NCBI GenBank assembly: GCA_016906335.1
Contig: JADEYG010000015.1
Span: forward strand, 62,001 to 126,000
Direction of reading: 5' to 3'
Origin: Novakomyces olei
Taxonomy: Eukaryota
DNA length: 64,000 bases
Shown: piece after piece, positions 8,509 through 22,381 of the stretch
How positions within the stretch are numbered: position 1 is the first letter of the stretch
Layout: every line of letters starts with the position of its first letter
Made by a program: the position numbers and the translations under genes
Notes under the pieces: model-generated
What the model was told of the DNA's origin: nothing
Database searches by the model: none
The model's input: the letters and a program-made list of their open reading frames with translations, nothing else

Positions 8509-10731
8509 ATGGTTCGAGAGCACCACGGCAGTGAGACGTCACCGTCAGCGGCTAAAGCTGCTGGCGAAGCGGGAACGCCTACTCGGCAAGGCGGAGCCAA
8601 GGCTCAAGAACAATTAAACGGCAAGAAGAATGTGGAAGACGTTGCCGAAAACGAGAGTGACTTGAACGGACAAGAACAGCCTGGGGAAGAAGAAGAATCT
8701 GGAGAAGAAGAATCTGGTGACGAAGAATCTGGAGAAGAAGAGTCTGGAGACGAAGAGTCTGGAGAAGAAGAGTCTGGAGACGAAGAGTCTGGCGACGAAG
8801 AGTCTGAAGGCTCTGAGGAAGAATCTGGCGAGTCTGGAGACGAAACTGAACAAGACGAACAGGATCCAGAAAAGACTGCTCAAGAGGCGACAGAGGGCAA
8901 GGCCAACAAGAAAGGCCTTCTTGGATCAGTTGGTGATGTGGCTTCAAAGGGTGGAGACCTTGTCCAAGGAGCTAAAGGCGTCGCTGGAGGGCTCAACGGA
9001 AAGGCTGATGGAAACGAGGGAGATCAAGACGGCAATGTGCTGCAAGACACTGTTGGCAAAGCTGGAGACGCCGTGAATGATGTCACCGGCACTGCAACAT
9101 CGGCAGTTGGATCAGTCACAGATTTGGTGGGCAAAAAGATCGGCAAAGACGGCAATGTCCTGGACGACGCCGGCAATGTTATCGGCCGTCTTTCCGACGG
9201 AGATCTTAAACGTGCAGTCGGCAAGACGATCGATGACAATGGCAATGTTTTGGACAAGAAGGGCAAAGTAATTGCCAGCGTGGAAGCTGTCTCTGGTGAC
9301 CTTTTCTCCCAAATTGTGGGCCGTAAGGCATCAAAAGACGGAAAGATTTACGACGACGAAGGAAACGCCATTGCTCGAGTTACTGGTGTCGATCCAAAAC
9401 GTGTGGCTGGCAAAAAAGTCGACGAGGACGGTGACGTTGTTGATAAAAATGGCGAAAAACTTGGATCTGTCGAGCTGCTCCCACAAATCCCGGAAGAATT
9501 ACGTAGCCAGGTAGCCGGTGTAGTTGATGAAAGCAATGGAGCCATTCTCGACAGCCGGGGCAACGAAATTGGTAAAGTCAAAGAGGAGGATATTAAGAAG
9601 TTTGCTGGTAAATTTGCAACTCCAGATGGATCGATCATTGACACGAACGGTCTGCCATTGGGCCAGGCTTTGGAATTGAATGGTCGCAATTTGGTTGAAG
9701 AGGCGAACAAGAAAATTCACGCTCTAGCGGGTAAGGAGATCGAAGAAGACGGAACGATTTTGGGTAAGAAGGGAGAGGTAATTGGCCGAGTGAGTGAAGG
9801 CGAGTTGGATGAACTTGTCGGCAAAAAGGTATCTGAAGACGGAACAATAAAGGACGACAAGGGCAATGTCCTTGGATCGGTTGAAAAGGTTTCGCCTGCT
9901 GCACTTAAAGATACTCTTAAAAACCGTATAAACAAGAAAGGCCAAGTGGTGGATGAAGGCGGAAACGTTATCGGCGAGTTGGTGGAAGGAGAAGCGCGTA
10001 AGCTTAAACTGAAATTGGTAGATGATGATGGAAATGTGGTTGATGAGGATGGCACTATTCTTGGAGCTGCGCGATACTACGAAGACGAAACGGAGGAAGA
10101 AAAAGCAGAGAAGCTCAAAAAGAAAGAGGAGCAAGATTCCTTGGAACACGATCGCAAGATTGCAGTGCAGATGGCGGAGATTATTGATGCATCCTTGGAG
10201 AAGGTCAAACCTATTCTGAACAAAATAACGGAAAATTTGAAGGAGGCTGATTCTCAAGGTGAAGACTGCGATCAAAAGAAACTCGTGCAAAACGTGAAGC
10301 CCCTGATCGAACAAGGTGGTCAAATCTTGCAGGAGACCAACGGTGCAATCCGGGCTCTTGATCCTCAGGGCCGGGTTACTCAGGCTGCTCGTTCCCGAGC
10401 CAAGTCGCGTAGTGCTACTAGTGAAGAATATTATTTGGCCGATCTGCTCAAGGAGCTAACAGAGAACGTGCAAAAGACCATTGACGATGCTAAGGTTAAG
10501 CTGGAAAATTTACCTGAGGCCAAACGTGACCTCGGTCCGCTTTTGAATTTGTTATCTGATCCGTTGTTCCAGATTCTTGCTGCCGTTGGTCTGCTTTTGA
10601 GCGGTGTACTGGGTCTTGTTGGCAATCTGTTGAACGGACTCGGACTTGGCGGGATTGTGCGCAGTGTTTTGGGAAGCTTGGGACTTTCTGATGTGCTTGA
10701 AAATCTCGGAATTGACAAGATCTTGGGTTGA
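8509..10731 (+). CDS. DUF3659-repeat ('LEA domain') protein with a helical C-terminal domain and hydrophobic Gly/Leu tail
   Basis: Intronless 740-aa ORF. About 10 repeats of G(K/R)xVDxxGxVxDxxGxxIG; C-terminal PLFQILAAVGLLLSGVLGLVGNLLNGLGLGG. Confidence 0.88.
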   Translation: MVREHHGSETSPSAAKAAGEAGTPTRQGGAKAQEQLNGKKNVEDVAENESDLNGQEQPGEEEESGEEESGDEESGEEESGDEESGEEESGDEESGDEESEGSEEESGESGDETEQDEQDPEKTAQEATEGKANKKGLLGSVGDVASKGGDLVQGAKGVAGGLNGKADGNEGDQDGNVLQDTVGKAGDAVNDVTGTATSAVGSVTDLVGKKIGKDGNVLDDAGNVIGRLSDGDLKRAVGKTIDDNGNVLDKKGKVIASVEAVSGDLFSQIVGRKASKDGKIYDDEGNAIARVTGVDPKRVAGKKVDEDGDVVDKNGEKLGSVELLPQIPEELRSQVAGVVDESNGAILDSRGNEIGKVKEEDIKKFAGKFATPDGSIIDTNGLPLGQALELNGRNLVEEANKKIHALAGKEIEEDGTILGKKGEVIGRVSEGELDELVGKKVSEDGTIKDDKGNVLGSVEKVSPAALKDTLKNRINKKGQVVDEGGNVIGELVEGEARKLKLKLVDDDGNVVDEDGTILGAARYYEDETEEEKAEKLKKKEEQDSLEHDRKIAVQMAEIIDASLEKVKPILNKITENLKEADSQGEDCDQKKLVQNVKPLIEQGGQILQETNGAIRALDPQGRVTQAARSRAKSRSATSEEYYLADLLKELTENVQKTIDDAKVKLENLPEAKRDLGPLLNLLSDPLFQILAAVGLLLSGVLGLVGNLLNGLGLGGIVRSVLGSLGLSDVLENLGIDKILG
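8689..8842 (+). repeat. 15-bp coding minisatellite encoding (E/D)EESG repeats
   Basis: GAAGA(A/G)TCTGG(A/T/C)GA(A/C) is repeated about 8-9 times in frame. Confidence 0.9.
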
Positions 10732-11113
10732 TTTACATGTTTATTTGCGATGTACTATGTACTGCAACTGTGCAACCCAAAAGACGGGAAGAATCCAACG
10801 GCGAAAAAAGAAAACTTCTTATATGATGAAAGATTTAATGTTTAGTTGTTGTTCTATTTTTGTATCTAGTAATGACTTATGAACTGAAGTTGAGTATTTG
10901 AAGCCATTCCTCTGAGCAAATAGAGTTGTCTTAACATTCTGTACTATAATCCTATACTCATAATGCGGTAATTTAATCTTAATTAAACCAAATTATTATC
11001 GTCAATAGTCTCTTTGAGCTCTAAGCTTTCCGTGGCAACTCTTCTTTTTTCTCCATACCCCTGCCTCTATCATCTATCGTCTTTAAATATGTACTCATTA
11101 GTCGGCTGCTGCA

Positions 11114-11830
11114 TCAAAGCTTAGCCCGTGATTCTTCAGAAATATAAGCCGCGTGAAGTGCCCGACCGACATGTGAAGGCCATTCGGAAACGGGACGACG
11201 AGTATGCGGATCAACAAACACGTGAACATATTGTCCTACAGCCGCGAGGTTCTCATGTTCGTCTTGTCATATTAGCTCGGGTTGCAGAATTGACAGTATC
11301 AGTGGAAAGGCAAAGAAAAATTAAATACAATATTATTATATTATTATTATCAAATTAGAACCAAAGCCATTTGCAGGATGAGTTTGACTTTGGTGTACAG
11401 AGGAAAACAGTTAAAGGCTCAAAGCACTTACCAAATATGCCTGTGAGATAATTGACGGAGCTGTTGCCAATCTTTGTAACCGCGAGGCCAAGATGAGCTA
11501 CGTCCGGAAACTCGAGCGACCTGTAGTAATCACACCTCATCTGTGCCGCGAGACTGATAAGCGTCGATCGAGACGCGGGTTCAATGCGGCACCGTTTGAC
11601 GAGGAACGTATTTATCAAAGTATCAAAAAGCTCGAGATATTTTGCATTATTCACGTGGCCATATCTGAGATATTAGATGGAACAATAAAAGGAAAAAACA
11701 TCCAAAAAACGAGGTCTAAAGAGCATTTTAAAAGGTAAAAAACCGTTTCTTACTGATCGTTGTCAGCCCAGCGTAATTGCAATTGCATACGATAAGGCAG
11801 CTCTCGGAGCTTGAGCGCCGGCGCCCTCAT
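11114..11830 (-). CDS. Hotdog-fold acyl-CoA thioesterase (4HBT family), probably peroxisomal; 3 exons
   Basis: Spliced product contains RWADNDQ|YGHVNNAKY, GNSSVNY and HVFVD, and ends ...SRAKL* (PTS1). Confidence 0.85.
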
Positions 11831-12179
11831 CCTGTCAAAGGCTTGCCGCTAATATTTTCGCGTTTATTTACCGGTTTAGTTTAATCCGAGCCTTTGAAAC
11901 AAACCAATTAATATTGGGTCTATCGGTGTCACGTGCGTTTACAATCAATTTTATAAATTTATTACACGCAAAATTTATAGCTTTTTATCGCCTTTTTTAC
12001 AAGCAATACTACGTCCCATCAAACCCCTAAAATGCCATATATTAAATGCAGTGGCTATTCGACTTGTTATCCTTTATTATCTATATTTTTCTTTTATCTA
12101 TTTATTTATTAATTGGTAAATTACACGTTCTTATTATTCAACATTTATTGACATTTACCAAAATTTAGCCACACTTGTT

Positions 12180-13280
12180 TTAGAACGTATGTTTGTTGCG
12201 CTGATGTGCCGGAAGAGCTTGGCGCACCTTTGGCAGCACGTAGCGACCATAATCGATGGCGTCATTAAGATTATCGTACCCCCGAATAGAAATCAACTCG
12301 GCCCCAATATCAACGTAGTCTAACAGCGAAGCAGTAATGGTCTCTGGAGAGCCGACAAGAGCGGTAGAAGCTCCTCTGGCATTCGTAGCAGTTACGGTCG
12401 GATACCACAAAGCCCGGTCGTGTACTTCCCCACGCGCTGCAATCTCCAAAAGTCTTTGGGAGCCCACGTTTTGCGGGGGCGGAGCATTGGCCGGCACTTT
12501 ATCCTGTCCAATAGCACGATGGTGCTGCAACAGTTCGAGTGTGCGATGAGCCTTTTGCCACGCCAGCTCGTCCGTCTCGGCAACTATTGGCCGGAAAGTG
12601 ACCCAAATACGGGGCCGGTCGGTTCGGCCTGCCCTTTTTGCTTCTGCAAAAACTTGGTCAATCTGCGCACGTGTTTCCTTCAAAGGTTCCCCCCACAATC
12701 CAAAGATATCGGCTAATGCCCCACCAATGCGGTACGCATCGGCAGAAGACCCGCCCACGGATACGGGAATACGAGTGCCATTGATGGGCCTTACTCGATT
12801 GCTAAACTGCTTGAACTGATAATATTTGCCCTCCCAATCAAAGGGCTCTGGAGACTTCCAAGCGCGTTTCAGTATACGAATGTACTCCTCCAGGCGCTCG
12901 TATCTTTCTTCCTTTGTCAGAAAGTCACCCTCTTTTGCCTGCTCTGCATCACTCCCACCAGCTATGAAATGTACGACTGCCCGTCCACGGCTGAGCTGGT
13001 CTAGTGTGGCCAGAGCCTTTGCTGCGACTGTGGGGTAAAGCGTGTTTGGACGCAGGGCAATTATAATTTTAAGGTTGCGAGTGGCTGCGGCGATTGTAGC
13101 CCCTACAGTAAAGGGGTCAAAGGAGGAAGAGTCGTAAGGAACAAGGGTATAATTGAACTCGAAATCGTCCAGCGACCGAGCGTACCTCTCGAGATAATCG
13201 GGGTCGATCCCGGCGCCGGGTATCGGGCTGATTTCCGTTGAAGCGTTGGGGAAAGTAAGGCTGATAAATTCAACCGGCAT
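12180..13280 (-). CDS. Luciferase-like (LLM) flavin-dependent monooxygenase, SsuD/alkanesulfonate-monooxygenase-like
   Basis: Intronless. Starts MPVEFISL; motifs IALRPNTLYPTVAAKALATLDQLSRGRAVVHFIAGG, FDWEGKYY, VGGSS and ALVGSPETI. Confidence 0.9.
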   Translation of the reverse strand: MPVEFISLTFPNASTEISPIPGAGIDPDYLERYARSLDDFEFNYTLVPYDSSSFDPFTVGATIAAATRNLKIIIALRPNTLYPTVAAKALATLDQLSRGRAVVHFIAGGSDAEQAKEGDFLTKEERYERLEEYIRILKRAWKSPEPFDWEGKYYQFKQFSNRVRPINGTRIPVSVGGSSADAYRIGGALADIFGLWGEPLKETRAQIDQVFAEAKRAGRTDRPRIWVTFRPIVAETDELAWQKAHRTLELLQHHRAIGQDKVPANAPPPQNVGSQRLLEIAARGEVHDRALWYPTVTATNARGASTALVGSPETITASLLDYVDIGAELISIRGYDNLNDAIDYGRYVLPKVRQALPAHQRNKHTF

Positions 13281-14285
13281 CCTCGGCGATCTGTCAAATA
13301 ATTGCCTCTTTGCTTTGCTCGTTGCGAGCCACATTGACGGCGGCTTTTATACTGCCCCAAGGACGCCGCCCACGTAAGGGCCCCACATAACGTAGGGCTA
13401 TCACGCGAGGTGACGAATAAATCACAAAACAATATTATATTAATATAATATCTTATATATATGTTGCAATATGAATCTTGTTGATACGAATCTTGTTGAT
13501 ACGAATCTTGTTGAAATATGAATCTAATATTCCTTCAATAAAACTAGTCAATTATTCAGTTCCTGATTCAGATACGTATCTTGTGTGGGCTTATTCTGAA
13601 TTTGCTCTACTGGATTTCTGTTTAATACGGAGCAATATAGTTCAAATGATCCTTAAACCTTTGAGGTTTCAGCTAAAGGTAAAGTCCGGCTTATTTAATT
13701 ATTCTACCTTAAGAACTCTGCCTCAATATAAAGGTACAACAAATCTGTTATTCCCTCATATGACCTTTCTATACTCTCCTCGTAATTCAGATACATCTAT
13801 CTTGCGTGCCAGTTCTTGACTATAGTTTTACTCAATCTCCTCTGATAATTATAGTCTAATTCAAACATTCGAACACAAGAACATTTTCTGGACTATATTT
13901 CCAACAATATAGTAGTGGCGAAGTCGTATAGGAATGTGTATGCCATAGATCATGTTTCTAATGGCGGATGTATTATGTACTTAAGTGGTATATTCTGCGA
14001 TTTATCATGCATGTGTCAGACTACTAGAATGTAAGTCAGAGTGGTAGAATTGTTACACAGTTAAGCAAAAGAATATATTCTGTTGTCGAGAGAACAAATG
14101 ATACGTCTGTAGTGTATAAACATCTCATATTTAAGTCCAATATTTGACAAAATTGTGTTTTGAGCCGAATTGTTTCCTTGACCTCCACAAATGCTCAGGC
14201 ATCTTGTTTATTTCTACTTTCTCGACTGCTAAAAAATCTAAACTTGAACTGGTGCGTGTTGATTAGAAGCTTAAGAGGCACGATG

Positions 14286-15417
14286 CTATGGCTCAACAGT
14301 ATCACCAAACGTTTGTGCCATCCCTGCTTCAGGGTACCGGGTACCCACAATATTCGCATTCTCCGCAAACTGCCGTAACTCTTCAAGTTCCTGATCAGAT
14401 AACTTTATAAAAGCCGACTCGATATTCTCTTGCACGCGTGCAGGTTTAATACTGCCGGGAATCGGCACTGCGCCCTGGGCCATAACCCAAGCAAGAGCGG
14501 TTTGGCCCGGGGTAATACCCCGTCTTTCCGCAATGGCACTGACTTTATTTACCAGCTCGAGATTCTTACTGAAATTCTCCGGCTGAAAACGCGGCGCACG
14601 ACGACGGAAATCGTCTGCCGGAAAATCTTGGGGAGACCTGTATTGGCCCGTAAGGAATCCACGGCCCAGAGGCGAGTAAGCCACAAGAGTTATTCCGAGC
14701 TCCCGGCAGGTATCAAGGACACCTTTGCTCTCAATATCCAATGTCATTAGAGAGTATTCCATTTGTACAGCGCTGACAGGATGAACCTTGTGTGCTCTGC
14801 GGATAGTTTCAGCACTGCACTCGGAAAGGCCATAGTGGCGAATTTTACCCTCTTCAATCAGCTGCTTCATAGCCTGAGCGCTGTGCTCAATAGGTACTGC
14901 CTTCTCTATGCGATGCATATAATACAAATCAATCGTATCGATGCCTAATCGCTCCAAGCTTCCCTGGCAGCATTTATGGATATACTCGGGACGGTTATCT
15001 GCTGTAAAGTCCATTTTGGCTCCACATTTAGTAGCGAGAAAAATCTCTTTACGTCGACCCGTCTCCCGGAACCATTTTCCAATCAGCTGTTCGTTTGTAT
15101 GAGGACCGTACAGGTCACTAGTGTCCCAAAATGTACAGCCTAGATCAGCTACATGCGATAGCGTTTTCAGATTGGCTGTATGCCGGTCAGTTTTGTTCAA
15201 ACAGAACTTCTTCGTTTCTTTTTTCTTTTTATTTTTATTTTTTTATTTTTTTCAATTTGTTTAATTTAGTCCCATATTCTCTTGTCTTACCCTCATCGTC
15301 TCCTCGGCCGCTGTAGAACGCCGACATGCCCATAGCACCGTACCCGATAGCAGTAATACGAGCATGAGAGGGCGAGTTGCCCAGTTCTACCGTTGGAAAA
15401 ACTGTATTGACAAGCAT
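14286..15417 (-). CDS. Aldo-keto reductase (AKR13/YakC-like), 2 exons
   Basis: Motifs IGYGAMGMSAFY, WDTSDLYG, FLATK, IDLYYMHR, GLSE, AYSPLGRG and PIPG. Intron 15290-15176. Confidence 0.92.
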
Positions 15418-16157
15418 TTTGTTTGCCGGTTGGTCGATATATCTCGATGTATATTTGCTGAGTCGTCTCCTGCCGCTAAGAAGGATGGAGCTTTAGTGCC
15501 TTTTATAAGCGTTCTTGCTGTGACGTTCCGGCCAACTTATATATTACGTACCCCGTATTCCTACAGTGTTACTTGAAATAATTATCGCCGATTGAGTTTC
15601 GGCTCGGAGATTGCGCGTGCTATTAATAATATTGGGAAGGCATTTTTATCTAACGAGGCAGTTTCATCATTTCGCGAATGCTCGAGGAGAGAACCTTAAC
15701 CTTTCGTCTTCTTACCGTTGTAGCCACTCCTATAATTCAGAATATTCGGCATTCAACCACCAGTCTTCGTCTTTGATTTTTCATGTGCAATTTTATTATG
15801 CAATTTCATTCAAATCACTATTGGCCCGCTAGACTTAATTGGACAAACAGGCTGTAGACCCAAAGACTGACTAGTTATACTTTTACCGAGTTCTCTTGGG
15901 AATCCATCCTTGCTTTGAGGCATGCGTTATCAGTGATGCTTTTATTGTTTATCTATTTTTAAAAATTTTAATTTTTACGAATTAAAACGGAGATAAAACC
16001 AAAAAACAACACGACAAACAAACTGGCAGATGTACGGCACGCAAACAATCTATCGGCACAGTTTTCACTGCAAAGCGATACATAAAACTTTATTTATATT
16101 ATAAAATATAACATTTGTTTTCTATGCGTATCTACGCAATCATCGACGTTGCATTCC

Positions 16158-18217
<2,060 letters not shown>

Positions 18218-19867
18218 GGTGCAACGCGATGAAATTGGATTAGGTACACCACAAAAAAAACCAAAAAAAAATCCGGAAATTCAAAGGTTGGTGCGTTTTG
18301 ACCTCTTTAGCGTATAATCAATCTATGAGCTCGGCCTGTTGTATTTTTTCGTATCCCATTGGATTACGAAAGAGAAAACCCTATTTGGCAGCTGCATAAC
18401 TTGTTGGCTCATAGATTGTTGGATATTATATTACAGTGATCACGCAGAGAAATACACAAGTAGCACGCTTAATATATGTTCAACGAAAACTAGCTCGGTT
18501 TGGCCTCCATGCGTGTTGTAATCTGTGGCCTGAAACCTGGTATTATTAGGTAGCGACAATATAGCGACAATAGCGCGTGACGTTTATGTATGTTCTAAGC
18601 AATGAGTAAACCACACAAGCCCGTTATGCTTCTTACTCAGGCTTTTTGTCCAAACTTTTTGTCCAAACTTTTTGTCCATTTGCCGAACAACCATTGCATT
18701 GTATGCAATATTATAATAAATTAACAAAAGTAATCTGAATGTGTACACCACTGCGTCTTAAGACGTCTCACGAGCTATGAAATGTTTGAGAAACAATGAA
18801 TCCCCGAAAATGAAGTAGATGGAAAATAAAACAAAACTACTTAGAAGCAATGTCAAACCTTAACCATTTTGTTGGGACTTCACTAAAAGTTTAGCTTATA
18901 CTGATACACAGCTAACAGATGGTCCAAAATAGTATATGACGTACACGCCTCTTGTACTGCGCTTGCATGTGACAGAAGATGGTGCACAACGCGGGTTCTT
19001 GGATCGTACATCTAAAAAGAAATGCTACTACAGCTAATGAGACAATTGCAATTCGAACCAATTCTGCGCGGCACTTGCAAAGTAGTAGACACTTCGTGCG
19101 GATAGTGAATCGTTCCTTTTCGTGTTGATCAATACCACATGACTGCTTCAATAAACGGCTCGTTTACCAAAACCACCAAAATACGATAAACTGTATTGTT
19201 TCGAAAGCTACACGTGGCCAAATAGAGATGCAATTCCCTTATTGCTGCCGTCAGCAACAAGGCAACAAGCGGCCGAGCCCGACGTGCTCGCAGCACGCAA
19301 TGAATATAATGTCCACATATAACTTGTAAAAATTACTGAATCTCTGTATGTTTCAAGCCTTCTTAAGAATACATGAAGATAAATAACGTACGTTAATTTC
19401 TATTTATTTCAAATTGAAGATTTATATACGGCTCTGTACATTACATTGAGCAATTGAACGAGCAGTATCCAGAAAAATCCTCACTCATTACTCGGCTTTG
19501 CGTTGTGTAAATTAAACCGCATTATTATACGTTATTATGTGCTACATCAACATCATTTTAATGTAAGGGCACTTACTACCGAGATAAACCGCTTACCCGT
19601 TTCGGTTTATCGTGCGTCTAAATTGTTCTTTTCATCATCTCCACAACATTAACCGACAGCATCGGGTTCTGGCCAATAAGCGTCGAGCATACGCAGTGCT
19701 ATAGTAAGTAACTCTGGCCGACGCTTATCTACATGTTCTTTTTTGGATTCACGTAATGAATGGTACAACGGATCTTTGATATATATACGCGCACACAGAC
19801 GAATGGTGCATAACGAAAAGAGGAGCCTTTGCCATTCCGATCGCGTGTGCCAATCAATTGAAAGAAT

Positions 19868-21955
19868 ATGGAGATCGATAAATCGCTGACAGAAACGCAA
19901 AACAGCGACGACGTTTTGCTTGCTTCTTTAGGGTACAAGCCAGAGCTCCGTCGTAATTTCTCTGTCTTGGAGACCTTTGGACTCGTTTTCAGTATTACGG
20001 GTCTTGTGCCCAGTATTGGTAGTGTGCTCTCATACTCGCTGCCCGCTGGTGCCGTCGGCCTGACATGGGGATGGCTGATTCCTTCTTTGTTCATTTTCTG
20101 CATTGGCGCAGCAATGGCAGAACTGGCCTCGGCCATGCCAACGTCTGGAGGTCTCTATTTCTGGTCTTTTCGTCTTTCTTCCCCAGCGTGGCGGAAAGTG
20201 ACGTGCTTTGTTGTGGGGTACTCGAATACTCTGGGTAAGAAGGAAATTAGGTTTTCGTTTGGTTTAGTCTACATTTGAATTAAAAGATTTTTTTTTAAAG
20301 ACTTTTTTCTTAAAAGAATTTTTTTTAAGAGGCTTTTTTCTGACAAGCTTCTTTATGGTATCGTTGCCGGTATATTTCATATTATCCATATTTCATTTAC
20401 CCTTCCGAATATACTGATTACAGGTATGATATCCGCCATTGCTTCCATCAATTATGGTGGCGCACAAATGCTATTGTCTTGCATCACCGTATCTCGTAAC
20501 GGCGACTATGCTCCTTCGCGAGGTGTAGTCTTTGGCGTCTATTGTGCTATTACCTTGTTGCATTGTATATTGGCTAGTATCGCTACGCGGCCAATGGCGC
20601 GATTACAGTCGTTTTTTATTTTTTTGAATATTGCATTCATCATTGCTCTCGTTGTAGCCCTGCCGGCAACCACACCGCGAGACCAGTTTAACTCTGGTGC
20701 ATTTATCTTTGGAGATATAGAAGCTGTTGAAAGCACTTGGTCAAAGGGGTTCACTTTTATTCTTGCATGGCTTGCACCGGTTTGGACTATTTGCTGCTTT
20801 GATGCGGCTGTACAGTATGCTGACGCCTATTTTAATACTATTTATTAAAATATATTATACTGTATAATTGGTTTTCTCTTATTTGATTTGATTTAATTCT
20901 TTATTATTTGCTTTCTCTACATATATTCTTCCTTTGTGCACGACTAAAATCTAGCGTTGCGGAGGAGGCAGAAAATGCCGCTAAAACTGTACCAAATGCG
21001 ATCGTCCTTACCTGCGCTAGCGCAGGCCTGCTTGGATTCCTGGTAAATTGCATTATAGCTTTGTGCATGCCTAGGGATATAGAGGCACTTTTGGATACGA
21101 ACCTTAGTCTTGGTCTCATTCAAATTTTCTATGACCGCTTTGGAAAAGCAGGTACACTCGCAGCTACTGCCATGATGTTTGTTATTCAATTTTTTATGGG
21201 TCTTTCTGTCATGGTTGCAAGCTCGCGACAACTATGGGCCTTTTCCAGGGATGGAGGACTGCCTTTCTCTAAATACATGAGGCCTCTAAGTATGTGTAAT
21301 GTCCTGTTTATTTCCTTATTAATAACTTGGTATTTATTTATTTATTTAAATATTTATTTATTATTATTTATTATTTATATTTAGTTTCATTCTTATCTCA
21401 TTGCTGCTGTATATCAGATCAAATCGATCATAATCTTTTATACTAATTCTAGATCTAAGCACTGGTACTCCGGTAAATACAGTATGGGCTTCCGGATTTT
21501 TGAGTGTACTTCTCGGGCTCTTGACCCTAATTAATGATGCAGCAGCAGAAGCAATCTTTTCCGTATCTGTGATTGGGCTTTATCCCGCGTATGGGCTGCC
21601 CATGATTTCTCGTCTTATCTGGGGAGATCAGTATTTCCGACGAGGCCAATGGCACCTCGGCCGGTTTTCCAAACCTGTACATTTTATCGCTGTAGTTTTC
21701 ATGATCTTTATCATTATTGTCTTTTGTTTCCCCTCTTACGGACCTGACCCAACCCCGGACGTCATGAATTATGCTTGTGTTGTTGAAGTGTTTGTTTTTG
21801 CTGGATGCCTCATTTATTATTATTTACCAAAGTACGGAGCACGGTATTGGTTCAATGGACCCATTTCTACGATTGAGTCTAGTGAGCCTATGGGGTTTGT
21901 TACTGCCTCCGAGTTTCTTGTGAATGCCAATGAAAAGGACATTGGAAAGATTTGA
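19868..21955 (+). CDS. APC-superfamily amino acid/GABA permease (UGA4-like), about 4 exons
   Basis: Motifs LGYKPELRRNFS, MAELASAMPTSGGLYFW, SRQLWAFSRDGGLPFS and MNYACVV across successive exons. Confidence 0.9.
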
Positions 21956-22381
21956 TGTGAATAGATATGTTCATTGGCGAATTCGAAATAAATAAAAAAA
22001 TCAGGATTTGGGGAAATTATTACGTCTGCAATTGCCGTCATAGCTGCCAAATAATTAAACGTAGCCCGGTATGAATTAAAGCACAAGTGTTTGCTCAATA
22101 GTATTATAATGAGAGCAAAATTAAGTCTAATTGAGTATGGTTACAAAATTGATTTACAAGCACAAACGTTTGAGAAACGAGATTGGGGCAAATCAAGGGC
22201 AAAACTTCAACAGATCGACAGATAAGATTATTTGGAATAATTTGTGAATATAATTTCGTTTTTACCACTCGCGTCTCAAAGCCATAACCCTTTTGTTGCC
22301 AAAATGAATTTGCAAACCTAACGTTTAATCGCATTACTTTATAAAGTGCAGGAGGCGGCTTTGAAGGAAGCAGCAAACCAG

